Source: Ignavibacteriales bacterium
Lineage (GTDB): Bacteria; Bacteroidota; Ignavibacteria; T3Sed10-11
NCBI GenBank assembly: GCA_003562775.1
Contig: PWTU01000538.1
Coordinates: forward strand, 7,161-71,160
Reading direction: 5' to 3'
Length of the DNA stretch: 64,000 nucleotides
In this document: piece after piece, positions 11,425 through 19,691 of the stretch
Layout of the letters: each line of letters starts with the position of its first letter
Position numbering within the stretch: position 1 is the stretch's first letter
Position numbers and translations under genes: made by a program
The notes under the pieces: model-generated
Databases searched by the model: none
What the model saw: only the letters and a program-made list of their open reading frames with translations
Told to the model about the DNA's origin: nothing

Positions 11425-12396
11425 ATGATTCGTCTCATACTGGGACGTATTGTTTCATCGATTCCTCTTATTGTCGGCCTGGTAACAATAATATTTATTA
11501 TTGTGCGACTGTTACCCGGTGATCCAATGACAATCTATATATCGCCAGCAGTGCCTCCGTCTGTCGCCGAACAATTGCGGGCAGAGTTCGGATTTGACAG
11601 ATCGATCCTGCACCAATACGGTCAATGGGTGTGGGGAGTGGTGAGAGGTGAGCTTGGATTTTCCTTTACCCATCAGAAAGATGTCACCAGAGTTATCGCC
11701 TCTGCATTCCCGAACACACTTATCCTTGCCGGAACAGCTATTTTATTTCAAGTTATTGCGGGAATTTCATTCGGGCTTCTCGCGGTGCGATTTCATAAAT
11801 CTTACATCGACAAAATTATATCTATGGGAGGATTAATAGTCTATACGCTGCCTACATTCTGGGCTGCGATAGTCCTCCTGTATATTTTCTCGTATTCTCT
11901 CGGGATATTTCCCTCATCGCAAATGCATTCCATCGGCGCCGATGAATTCGGAAGAATGGAATATTTTCTCGACTTAATAAAGCATCTTATTTTACCTGCA
12001 ACCGTATTAGCGCTGCCGGGCGCTGCTGCTATTGCACGGTATTTACGAACAAATTTGCTCGATGTTCTGCATGAACAATATATCCTGAATGCAAGGAGCA
12101 TGGGAATTGGAGAACGGAAAATATTCTTTTCATACGCTCTCTCAAACGCTTTGATCCCCACAATCACTATTACAGGAACAAGCATTGGAATTCTTCTTGC
12201 AGGCGCCATCGTTACGGAAACAATTTTTTCCTGGCCCGGAATGGGACGCCTTACCGTCTCCGCTATCTTTGCACGCGATTACCCGCTTATTATCGGTTGT
12301 ACTATGGTTGCGGGCATCGTGGTCATAGCCGGAAACTTGCTCGCCGATATTATGTACCGGGTGGTCGATCCAAGAATTCGGACCGAGGGACTATGA
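11425..12396 (+). CDS. Peptide ABC transporter permease (OppB/DppB-like)
   Basis: LLPGDP; EAA loop YILNARSMGI; ETIFSWPGMG..RDYP..VDPRIR. Confidence 0.92.
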   Translation: MIRLILGRIVSSIPLIVGLVTIIFIIVRLLPGDPMTIYISPAVPPSVAEQLRAEFGFDRSILHQYGQWVWGVVRGELGFSFTHQKDVTRVIASAFPNTLILAGTAILFQVIAGISFGLLAVRFHKSYIDKIISMGGLIVYTLPTFWAAIVLLYIFSYSLGIFPSSQMHSIGADEFGRMEYFLDLIKHLILPATVLALPGAAAIARYLRTNLLDVLHEQYILNARSMGIGERKIFFSYALSNALIPTITITGTSIGILLAGAIVTETIFSWPGMGRLTVSAIFARDYPLIIGCTMVAGIVVIAGNLLADIMYRVVDPRIRTEGL

Positions 12397-13646
12397 AAGT
12401 TTTTTTAAAAAAATATTATAACTCCCTTTTGTTCATCTTCGGTCTGATTTTTCTATACATCACCCTATTTAAATTTTCGTTGACGAAACAGACTCTTCTA
12501 TCGTTATGCTTTACAGTTATAAACACGGTTATCGCACCGCATAAAGCGCGTGAAATTTGGAATTGGGCACTCATAGAGTACTGGATCGCCGGACTTATCT
12601 ATGTATTTTTAATTATCGCAATTATATTCATCATTCTAAAAATAGAAAATTTTAAAACACTTATATCGAAATTTTTCCCGCAACGCAGTACATTGCTGGG
12701 GTTTTATGGCGTCGTTACCTTTGGTCTGATCGCATTATTAGCTCCGCTATTGGCGCCGGCAGATCCGTATGCGCAGGGAGATCTTGCCACAACCCGGCTT
12801 TTACAGCCGTTCACACACGGAACTATGTTGATTCGAATTCCGGACCCCCCTCCCGGGTTGGAGGGAAAAAACCGGATAGAACAAATTCGCCGAAGCGCGA
12901 ATAACTACCTTCTAAATCGCATCACACGGTTCACCCGCTCAGATCAATTTACAGCCGGAAATGAATATCGAACAACATCAATCATTTTTATTCTGGGAAC
13001 CGATTCATTAGGACGTGATATTCTCAGCAGAATAATCTACGGTACACGAATCTCAGTCGGAATCGGGTTCGCCGCAACATTGGTTGCGATGTCATTTGGA
13101 ACGTTGATCGGTTTAATATCGGGTTTCTTTTACGGATTTGTCGATAAAGTTTTGATGAGAATCGTCGATTTGTTTATTGCAATTCCGTCATTATTTCTCG
13201 TTATTACCCTTGTTGCTTTTTTAGGACGTTCAATAACAGTGCTCATTATTATACTGGCGGTAGCGGGTTGGATGGGAACTGCCCGGTTGGTCCGGGCGGA
13301 GGTATTAAAATTGCGGGAGCGTGAATTTGTTCTTTCCGCTCAACTGCTGGGGGTTCCGTGGTATGGTATTATACGGTCCCATCTGTTGCCGAATGTGCTG
13401 CCGGTGATTCTCACCGGTGCAGTTTTGCAATTGGGAAATGTAATTTTAGCCGAAGCCGCATTAAGCTTCCTCGGGTTAGGTACACAACCGCCGATTCCAA
13501 GCTGGGGAAATATCATCGGCGAAGCAACTCCATACCTGCGAATTGCCTGGTGGATTGCAATATTTCCGGGCATCGCACTATCAATGTTTGTGATTTCGGC
13601 TCATTTAATCGTTGAAGGAGCACAGGAAAAAATTCAAAGTATTTAG
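12393..13646 (+). CDS. Peptide ABC transporter permease (OppC/DppC-like) with extended N-terminus
   Basis: LGTDSLGRDILSRIIYGTRIS, EFVLSAQLLG, HLLPN, EAALSFLGLG..PSWG. Start at ATG 12393 overlapping the oppB stop (ATGA). Confidence 0.9.
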   Translation: MKVFLKKYYNSLLFIFGLIFLYITLFKFSLTKQTLLSLCFTVINTVIAPHKAREIWNWALIEYWIAGLIYVFLIIAIIFIILKIENFKTLISKFFPQRSTLLGFYGVVTFGLIALLAPLLAPADPYAQGDLATTRLLQPFTHGTMLIRIPDPPPGLEGKNRIEQIRRSANNYLLNRITRFTRSDQFTAGNEYRTTSIIFILGTDSLGRDILSRIIYGTRISVGIGFAATLVAMSFGTLIGLISGFFYGFVDKVLMRIVDLFIAIPSLFLVITLVAFLGRSITVLIIILAVAGWMGTARLVRAEVLKLREREFVLSAQLLGVPWYGIIRSHLLPNVLPVILTGAVLQLGNVILAEAALSFLGLGTQPPIPSWGNIIGEATPYLRIAWWIAIFPGIALSMFVISAHLIVEGAQEKIQSI

Positions 13647-13666
13647 TCTAACATCAAATTCGATTT

Positions 13667-16600
13667 ATGGCCATCCTAAACAAACGTTGTGAGATTATTG
13701 AAAAAATCGGTTCGGGATCGACGGGCAGTGTATATCTCGTTAAAGACACGTTTTACGAAAACGTTTCGGTTGCGTTAAAAACAATTCAAGCGGATTATAT
13801 CACCGCGGAATCATTAAAATCTCTTAAAAACGAATTTCTGACTCTCAAGCAATTTGATCATCCAAACCTTGTTAAAGTATTTCACTTTGACAAGATTGTC
13901 GTCTCGGATGTTCCGGAGTTTATAAACGATTACTTTTTCACGCTCAGTTACATCAAAGGACGAAATTTACTTCAGGCAACAGAAAACGTTTCGGTTGAAT
14001 CACTGTATGAAATAACCTATCAGCTTTGCGAAGCACTCCACTATATACACAGGCATGATCTCATTCATTTCGATATAAAACCGGACAATATTCTTATAAC
14101 CGAAGAAATGGTAAACGATGAACTCCTGCCTATCGTAAAAATTATCGATTTCGGGTTTGCCGCAACAAATGTCGGTGAAGACAGACCTCCTATTCGAGGC
14201 ACCCTTGAATACATTGCACCGGAACTTCTTCGCGGCGAGTCGTTCGATCAAAGAGTTGACCTGTATTCTCTCGGTGTAACTCTTTACCATATTATAACCC
14301 GTACGCTTCCTTTTGCAGCGGATTCTTCCATCGATATAATTAAAAAACAAATATTAGAAGTCCCTCCTCCTCTCTCCCGCCTCCGTCACGATATTCCGGA
14401 AGAATTAAATTACATAGTGACAAAACTCCTTGAAAAAGATCCGGTCAAAAGATTTCAAAATGCAAGCGAAATTATCGAATTGGTACGTGAGAGATTTCCC
14501 AGATATCATATTTTGAAGAAACAAGTCTCCGACATCCCTCCCGTAAAAATTATCGGAAGAGAAAAGGAAATAGCCGCTTTAATTGAAAAAATTAAAACCC
14601 GTATTAACAAAACTCCAAGCGGAGACATAAATCTTATCATTATTGAAGGTGATGCCGGCATTGGAAAGACTGCTTTGTTATCCGAATTGGCAAGGCGTAT
14701 CGAATCAGATGAATACCCAATTTTCGAAACGCGTTGCTTTGGCGAATCCTCAGCACCCTATGAACCATTTCGTATATTGTGTAAAGCAATTCTGTTTTAT
14801 CTTAAAAAATTAGATGAAACTGGAGAAAAACTTATCTCACAATATAACTCTGTATTCGAAACGTTAGTATCCGATTTATTTCGCGGAAACGGAGATTCGC
14901 ATGCACAGATACCCGAGGGCGTCGATTCAAAGTTACGATTTCATAACCTTGTGGCGTCACTGTTTGTGGAATTTGCAGAGCTAAGACCCTTTGCTATGTT
15001 CATCGATGATATCCATCTTGCCGATGAGTCGAGTGTTGAACTATTTCACTATATCGAGCGGTCGATTGTCGATTCACCGGCTATTATTATCGCAACCTCT
15101 CACTCCGGGAAACAAGAACAGTGGCAACAAACAAGAAAAAACGGATCTGCGATAATCCCGCTTTCCGAATTCAATGAGACTGAGATACAGAAATTTGTGG
15201 AGACCTACCTCAACAACAAACACATTGATAAAGAAATAATAAAAACATTACACCAGGAAGTGGGTGGTTTACCCTATCTTTTAAGAGAATTTCTGCTTCA
15301 ATTTTCAGATCTCCCACCCAAGGAAGCAATACCGGCTCTCACCCGTGCACTAAAGGAACCAGATCGTTTCCCGCGTACAATAACTCAATTGTACCAGAAT
15401 AAAATCGATCAGGGAATGCCGGAGGAAAACAATCTGCTCGCAATGCTAAGTTGCTTTCCTACTCCTATAACCGATTCGCTGTGTAAAAAGATAAGTCCAT
15501 ATTCTCCCGAGAGAACAATGCAATTTATCAACAAGATTTCGCGAAAAGGGTATCTCAATATAACGGACGATGGAACAAGATATCAATTTGCTCAGCGACG
15601 TTTTCAACAATTCATCTATAATTCAATCGGCGATGAGAAAAAGGAATTACATCACCTCATTGCAGAAGTTCTGGAACAAACGTACCCGAAAAAACCATCG
15701 GATCAATCAAAACAGATTGCATACCACTTCAAAGAATCGGGAAATACAGAAAAAGCGGTACAACATTATTTAGATGCAGCAGAATACGCAATTTCGATTT
15801 TCGCAATAAATGAATATACCCAATTACTTGAAATATGTCTTGAACTCCAAACTGACGACGACCCGCTGAAAAAAAAGATAATGGAAAAATTAGGCAACGG
15901 ATATATTCTTGTTGCCGATTACGGGAGTGCAGAAAAAATATATAAGCAACTGCTGCGCCTTCCCGACATACCGGATTCAACAATACTACTGTATCTCAAG
16001 TCATTGGGAATAGCACAAATTCGCTTAGGACATCTTGACGATGCGATACAATCTCTATCTGAAGCATCGACGCTGGCGCTCTCTCTATCTGATCAAATTG
16101 AACTTGAAGGTGAATTGGTATCGATAGAGATTATGCGCGGGAATTATACAGAGGCACAGGATCGCTGCACTAAATTGCTGAATGAATTTCGCGAGGCAAA
16201 ATCCACCTCCGAATTAAGCACCCTTTATAACAAAATGGGAATTATTAATTTCTATCAAACCAACTATGACGAAGCCAAACAAAACTTTTCCCGCTCTCTA
16301 AGCATATTAAAGAAACTCAATTTAAAGGATAAATTGATCGTTCCCTATTTGAACCTCGGCAATGTTTCCAGTAACCGGGAAAATTATCAGGAAGCGGAAT
16401 ACTACTGGAATGAAGCGCTCAAATTGTGCAAAGAAATCGGCAATGTACAACAAGAGGCACAAATATATAACAACCTGGGGATAGCCGCATATCAACAGGA
16501 AAAATATAATGAGTCGCTCTCCTATTATAAAAAAGCGCTGAATATATTCAGGAGAACCGGCAACATACCGGGTGAAGCTCTCTGTTTGTCAAATCTCGGA

Positions 16601-17389
16601 GAGGTGTATTTAGCGATTTCGGAATTTCAGAATGCGCTGACTAATTTGCAACAATGTCTCGATATTAACGACTATTTGCAAGATAATGAGGGATTGACCG
16701 AGAGTAACCTCCACCTTGCAAATATATTTCTTCAAATCGGCGATGCGGATCGAACACGCTATCATCTTGACAATGCCGGACGTATTATAGAAGCAACGGG
16801 AATCAATTCACAGCGCGGGACATTTTTATACCTCTCGGGTAAATTAGAAGGATATTGCAATAATTATGAAGCAGCAACCGATTACTTCACAGACGCTCAC
16901 ACATTCTTTGAAAATACAAACGATTTAAAGCAACGATACGCAACGTTACTTGAAATATCACGCATTGAAAGATCTCAGGAAAATTACGAGAAAGCTACAC
17001 AACTACTGAACGATATTCTCACGTTTTGTATCAACGAAAATTTGACATGGATGCGAGCCGAAGTACTATATGAATTCGGAGTGCTCTCCAGGAAATATAA
17101 AGCCGATGATAGTTTTAATCCTTTGAATTACTTCAACGATTCGTTTAAAATTATTCGGGATCATCCTGTATCCGATCTGACATGGAAAATTTGCTATCAT
17201 ATCGGAAAAGAATATTTACACCGGGGATTAAATGCCAAGTCGAGAGAATATTTTCATCTTGCCCAAAAAGTTCTCGATTATTTGGTCGGCTCATTTAGCG
17301 ATCGGTCAATTAGATTCACATACCTTAATAACCACCGGCGCAGAGAAACGATCGAAGATATTGCCTCCATTCTCCACCGAATCGGTTAA
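13667..17389 (+). CDS. Ser/Thr protein kinase - AAA_16/STAND ATPase - TPR multidomain signalling protein
   Basis: Kinase: IGSGSTGSVY, VALK, HFDIKPDN, DFG, GTLEYIAPE. ATPase: IIGREKE, GDAGIGKT, MFIDDIH. Multiple TPRs (YNNLGIAAY, LSNLGEVY). Confidence 0.9.
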   Translation: MAILNKRCEIIEKIGSGSTGSVYLVKDTFYENVSVALKTIQADYITAESLKSLKNEFLTLKQFDHPNLVKVFHFDKIVVSDVPEFINDYFFTLSYIKGRNLLQATENVSVESLYEITYQLCEALHYIHRHDLIHFDIKPDNILITEEMVNDELLPIVKIIDFGFAATNVGEDRPPIRGTLEYIAPELLRGESFDQRVDLYSLGVTLYHIITRTLPFAADSSIDIIKKQILEVPPPLSRLRHDIPEELNYIVTKLLEKDPVKRFQNASEIIELVRERFPRYHILKKQVSDIPPVKIIGREKEIAALIEKIKTRINKTPSGDINLIIIEGDAGIGKTALLSELARRIESDEYPIFETRCFGESSAPYEPFRILCKAILFYLKKLDETGEKLISQYNSVFETLVSDLFRGNGDSHAQIPEGVDSKLRFHNLVASLFVEFAELRPFAMFIDDIHLADESSVELFHYIERSIVDSPAIIIATSHSGKQEQWQQTRKNGSAIIPLSEFNETEIQKFVETYLNNKHIDKEIIKTLHQEVGGLPYLLREFLLQFSDLPPKEAIPALTRALKEPDRFPRTITQLYQNKIDQGMPEENNLLAMLSCFPTPITDSLCKKISPYSPERTMQFINKISRKGYLNITDDGTRYQFAQRRFQQFIYNSIGDEKKELHHLIAEVLEQTYPKKPSDQSKQIAYHFKESGNTEKAVQHYLDAAEYAISIFAINEYTQLLEICLELQTDDDPLKKKIMEKLGNGYILVADYGSAEKIYKQLLRLPDIPDSTILLYLKSLGIAQIRLGHLDDAIQSLSEASTLALSLSDQIELEGELVSIEIMRGNYTEAQDRCTKLLNEFREAKSTSELSTLYNKMGIINFYQTNYDEAKQNFSRSLSILKKLNLKDKLIVPYLNLGNVSSNRENYQEAEYYWNEALKLCKEIGNVQQEAQIYNNLGIAAYQQEKYNESLSYYKKALNIFRRTGNIPGEALCLSNLGEVYLAISEFQNALTNLQQCLDINDYLQDNEGLTESNLHLANIFLQIGDADRTRYHLDNAGRIIEATGINSQRGTFLYLSGKLEGYCNNYEAATDYFTDAHTFFENTNDLKQRYATLLEISRIERSQENYEKATQLLNDILTFCINENLTWMRAEVLYEFGVLSRKYKADDSFNPLNYFNDSFKIIRDHPVSDLTWKICYHIGKEYLHRGLNAKSREYFHLAQKVLDYLVGSFSDRSIRFTYLNNHRRRETIEDIASILHRIG

Positions 17390-17393
17390 TAAT

Positions 17394-17438
17394 TGTAATA
17401 CAATATTACACCTTAATGTAACATAATGTTACATTAAG
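17394..17438. promoter_or_regulatory. Tandem palindromic sites TGTAA-N7-TTACA (candidate sigma54 activator UAS)
   Basis: TGTAATA-CAA-TATTACA (17394-17410) and CTTAATGTAACAT-A-ATGTTACATTAAG (17412-17438), about 95-140 bp upstream of a sigma54 promoter. Confidence 0.65.
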
Positions 17439-17530
17439 TAAATACAAAAATACTATTTTTGTGAGAGCTCAATTCTCTAACCTTATAAAATACAAGTATA
17501 TACAGAACTAAATTTACGGTCATCATTATC

Positions 17531-17545
17531 TGGCACGATTATTGT
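17531..17545 (+). promoter_or_regulatory. sigma54 (-24/-12) promoter
   Basis: TGGCACG-ATTA-TTGT, 55 bp upstream of the lipoprotein ATG. Confidence 0.75.
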
Positions 17546-17599
17546 GATTTCTACAAATGTAAATCATTTAACATCAATAATGTAATTACGGGGGAAGCA

Positions 17600-18178
17600 A
17601 TGCTTCGCAAATCTTTTTCGTTCATCATACTTGCAGGACTTTTAGTTTTCTTCGTCGGGTGCAGTGATTTTGAGAACCCGATAGGAGTCGAAGAAAAAGC
17701 AGAGTCAAAAGAACTCAATTTTCTAAACCTGCCGGATCCGGGCGTGTTATTTAAAACGATGGAAACATCTACCACTATCAGCCCTCAGACCGGCGGCGAA
17801 CTCAAGCTCGAATATTCTCAGGGACAGGGCAACGATAAAGTCGATATCAACATCACGTTACGTTTCGAGCCCGGCTCGGTATCCGAGGATATAAAGGTCT
17901 CAATGAGCGTCGATCAAGATATACTAATGACTAACATCGACATCACATTCGGGCCTTCGGGATCTGAATTCCTGAAACCTGCAAAACTATCGGTCAATAC
18001 CAGAGGACTCGATCTTTCGGGAGTCCCTTCAGATGCCGAAATAAGTCTTTATTATGACAATAACGGGAAATGGGAAGAAATCAGTTCAAATATGATACGT
18101 CATAATGTCGATCTGGGACAATTGCAATGTGTAAACGGTGAGATTCCGCATTTCTCACGATATGCATTTGCATTTTAA
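17600..18178 (+). CDS. Lipoprotein with single ZU5-like domain ending in autoproteolysis motif HF|SRYAFAF (copy 1)
   Basis: Lipobox FVGC. ZU5-type motifs ISPQTGGELKL, LRFEPGSVSEDIKVSM, FGPSGSEFLKPAKLSV, LYYDNNGKWEEI; terminal HFSRYAFAF. Confidence 0.75.
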   Translation: MLRKSFSFIILAGLLVFFVGCSDFENPIGVEEKAESKELNFLNLPDPGVLFKTMETSTTISPQTGGELKLEYSQGQGNDKVDINITLRFEPGSVSEDIKVSMSVDQDILMTNIDITFGPSGSEFLKPAKLSVNTRGLDLSGVPSDAEISLYYDNNGKWEEISSNMIRHNVDLGQLQCVNGEIPHFSRYAFAF

Positions 18179-18217
18179 AAAATAATTGTAGAAATTCTCC
18201 CGAACCCGAAAGAACCA

Positions 18218-19474
18218 ATGCAAAATTATAATAATAACCCAAAACACATTAAATTCGACGAGGAACTCAACGATCTGTTGACCCGATACTGTTCAGAATC
18301 TCTTGTACGTAAAATTCAATCGGATAAAAAAGAGATTCCACTCATCGAAAAAAGGATGCATAAGAGTTCTAAAGATCGAGATGAACACATAAATGTAAGT
18401 GCAGATTTGGTATATGGATTTCATCTCGACACCATTATCGCCAGATGCGAAGAGGAACTATCACCCCCCGAATACTATGAACTTCTTAACGAAATAGGCG
18501 ATATTTGCAAACGCTTCGGACAATTTGAAAAATCCAGAGAAATCTATCATCGTGTTATACTTTCACTGAACGGCGATATCCGGTACTCAAAACAAAAAGG
18601 GATAGCATTCTTAAGAAGATCGGAGATTTTTATTCGACAGGCCGAATGGGATTCAGCCCTCGCCGATTTAAAGATAGGTAAACAGCACTTTCTCGATGCC
18701 CGGTACAACGATGGAATCGGGCATGTTGAAAATAGTCTCGGTATTTTGTATGCCGAAAAAGGGGAACTGAAAAAATCTATACATCACTGGAAAAACGCCC
18801 ACGCTATATTTGAAGATGAGAATGACGAGATGACGGCGGCGGTGCTTATGAGTCTCGGAATTGCCAACAATATTGCAGGTGAATGGGATGAAGCACTCAG
18901 TTATTATCAGCGGGCGCTCCCGAAATTTGAGCAGATCGGTTCGATGTCCAGATTGGCGGAACTTCATCACAATATAGGTATGACCTTCCTATCAAAAGGA
19001 AACATTGATTCAGCAATCAACCAATTCGACGAAAGCATTTCATACTCAAGCCAACAATTTTATCAATCGGTAATGGGGTTGTCCTATCTGGGTAAAGCGG
19101 ATGCGTATGCACGGAAAGGCGATTACAGTACTTCAATGTTGTTTATTCAAAATGCGCTCGATATATTTAGAAAATTAAACGATCATCTCAGCATTGCAGA
19201 TACTTACAAAATCAAAGGGATTATTCACCGCGAAACCGGGAATACAGAAATAGCAGAGGTCTATCTCAAAACAAGTATTCGCTTGAACGAGTTATACCAG
19301 TGTGCTCTCGGTCTTGGCGAATCGCAATACGAACTTGGTATATTATACAACCAGTGTTCGGAAAAGCAAAAAGCAGTCAGTGTATTTCAGAACTCGTTAC
19401 AAAATTTCCAAAGAGTAGGTGCTTATAAAAATGAACAATCCGTAAAAGAATCATTGGCATCTGCCCTTGAATAA
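18218..19474 (+). CDS. Cytoplasmic tetratricopeptide repeat protein
   Basis: About 8 TPR-like repeats (ENSLGILYAEKG, LMSLGIANNIAG, HHNIGMTFLSKG, YELGILYNQ). No signal peptide and no evident HTH. Confidence 0.85.
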   Translation: MQNYNNNPKHIKFDEELNDLLTRYCSESLVRKIQSDKKEIPLIEKRMHKSSKDRDEHINVSADLVYGFHLDTIIARCEEELSPPEYYELLNEIGDICKRFGQFEKSREIYHRVILSLNGDIRYSKQKGIAFLRRSEIFIRQAEWDSALADLKIGKQHFLDARYNDGIGHVENSLGILYAEKGELKKSIHHWKNAHAIFEDENDEMTAAVLMSLGIANNIAGEWDEALSYYQRALPKFEQIGSMSRLAELHHNIGMTFLSKGNIDSAINQFDESISYSSQQFYQSVMGLSYLGKADAYARKGDYSTSMLFIQNALDIFRKLNDHLSIADTYKIKGIIHRETGNTEIAEVYLKTSIRLNELYQCALGLGESQYELGILYNQCSEKQKAVSVFQNSLQNFQRVGAYKNEQSVKESLASALE

Positions 19475-19646
19475 TACCTCCAATTTCCACTACTTAATGT
19501 TATACAAAATATTACGCCCTGTAATTTTTACAACATTATAACGGTAAAATTTACCGGGTGAAATAATTACCTGTAGCTCATCTTTTTGAATTGCCGAACT
19601 TACCACCTCCGACCGGTTTTTTATTGATATTCATATTTTTTCACTC

Positions 19647-19661
19647 TGGCATCATGTTTGT
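19647..19661 (+). promoter_or_regulatory. sigma54 (-24/-12) promoter upstream of the activator gene
   Basis: TGGCATC-ATGT-TTGT, with degenerate TGTAA/TTAC half-sites at about 19498-19556. Confidence 0.65.
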
Positions 19662-19691
19662 TGATACTTTGTATGTATCAATATCTGAAAT

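Noticed and set aside
13667-17389. Avs-type antiphage STAND defence system
   Set aside because: The context is transport and transcriptional signalling, with no nuclease, TIR or SIR2 effector and no defence-island genes. A signalling role is preferred, though a defence-related role cannot be excluded.
18149-18178. YAFAF C-terminus of the lipoproteins read as a BAM beta-signal of an outer-membrane barrel
   Set aside because: The proteins are lipidated, about 170 aa mature, and show ZU5-like motifs rather than barrel strands. The HFS context explains the tail better, though this reading is not fully excluded.
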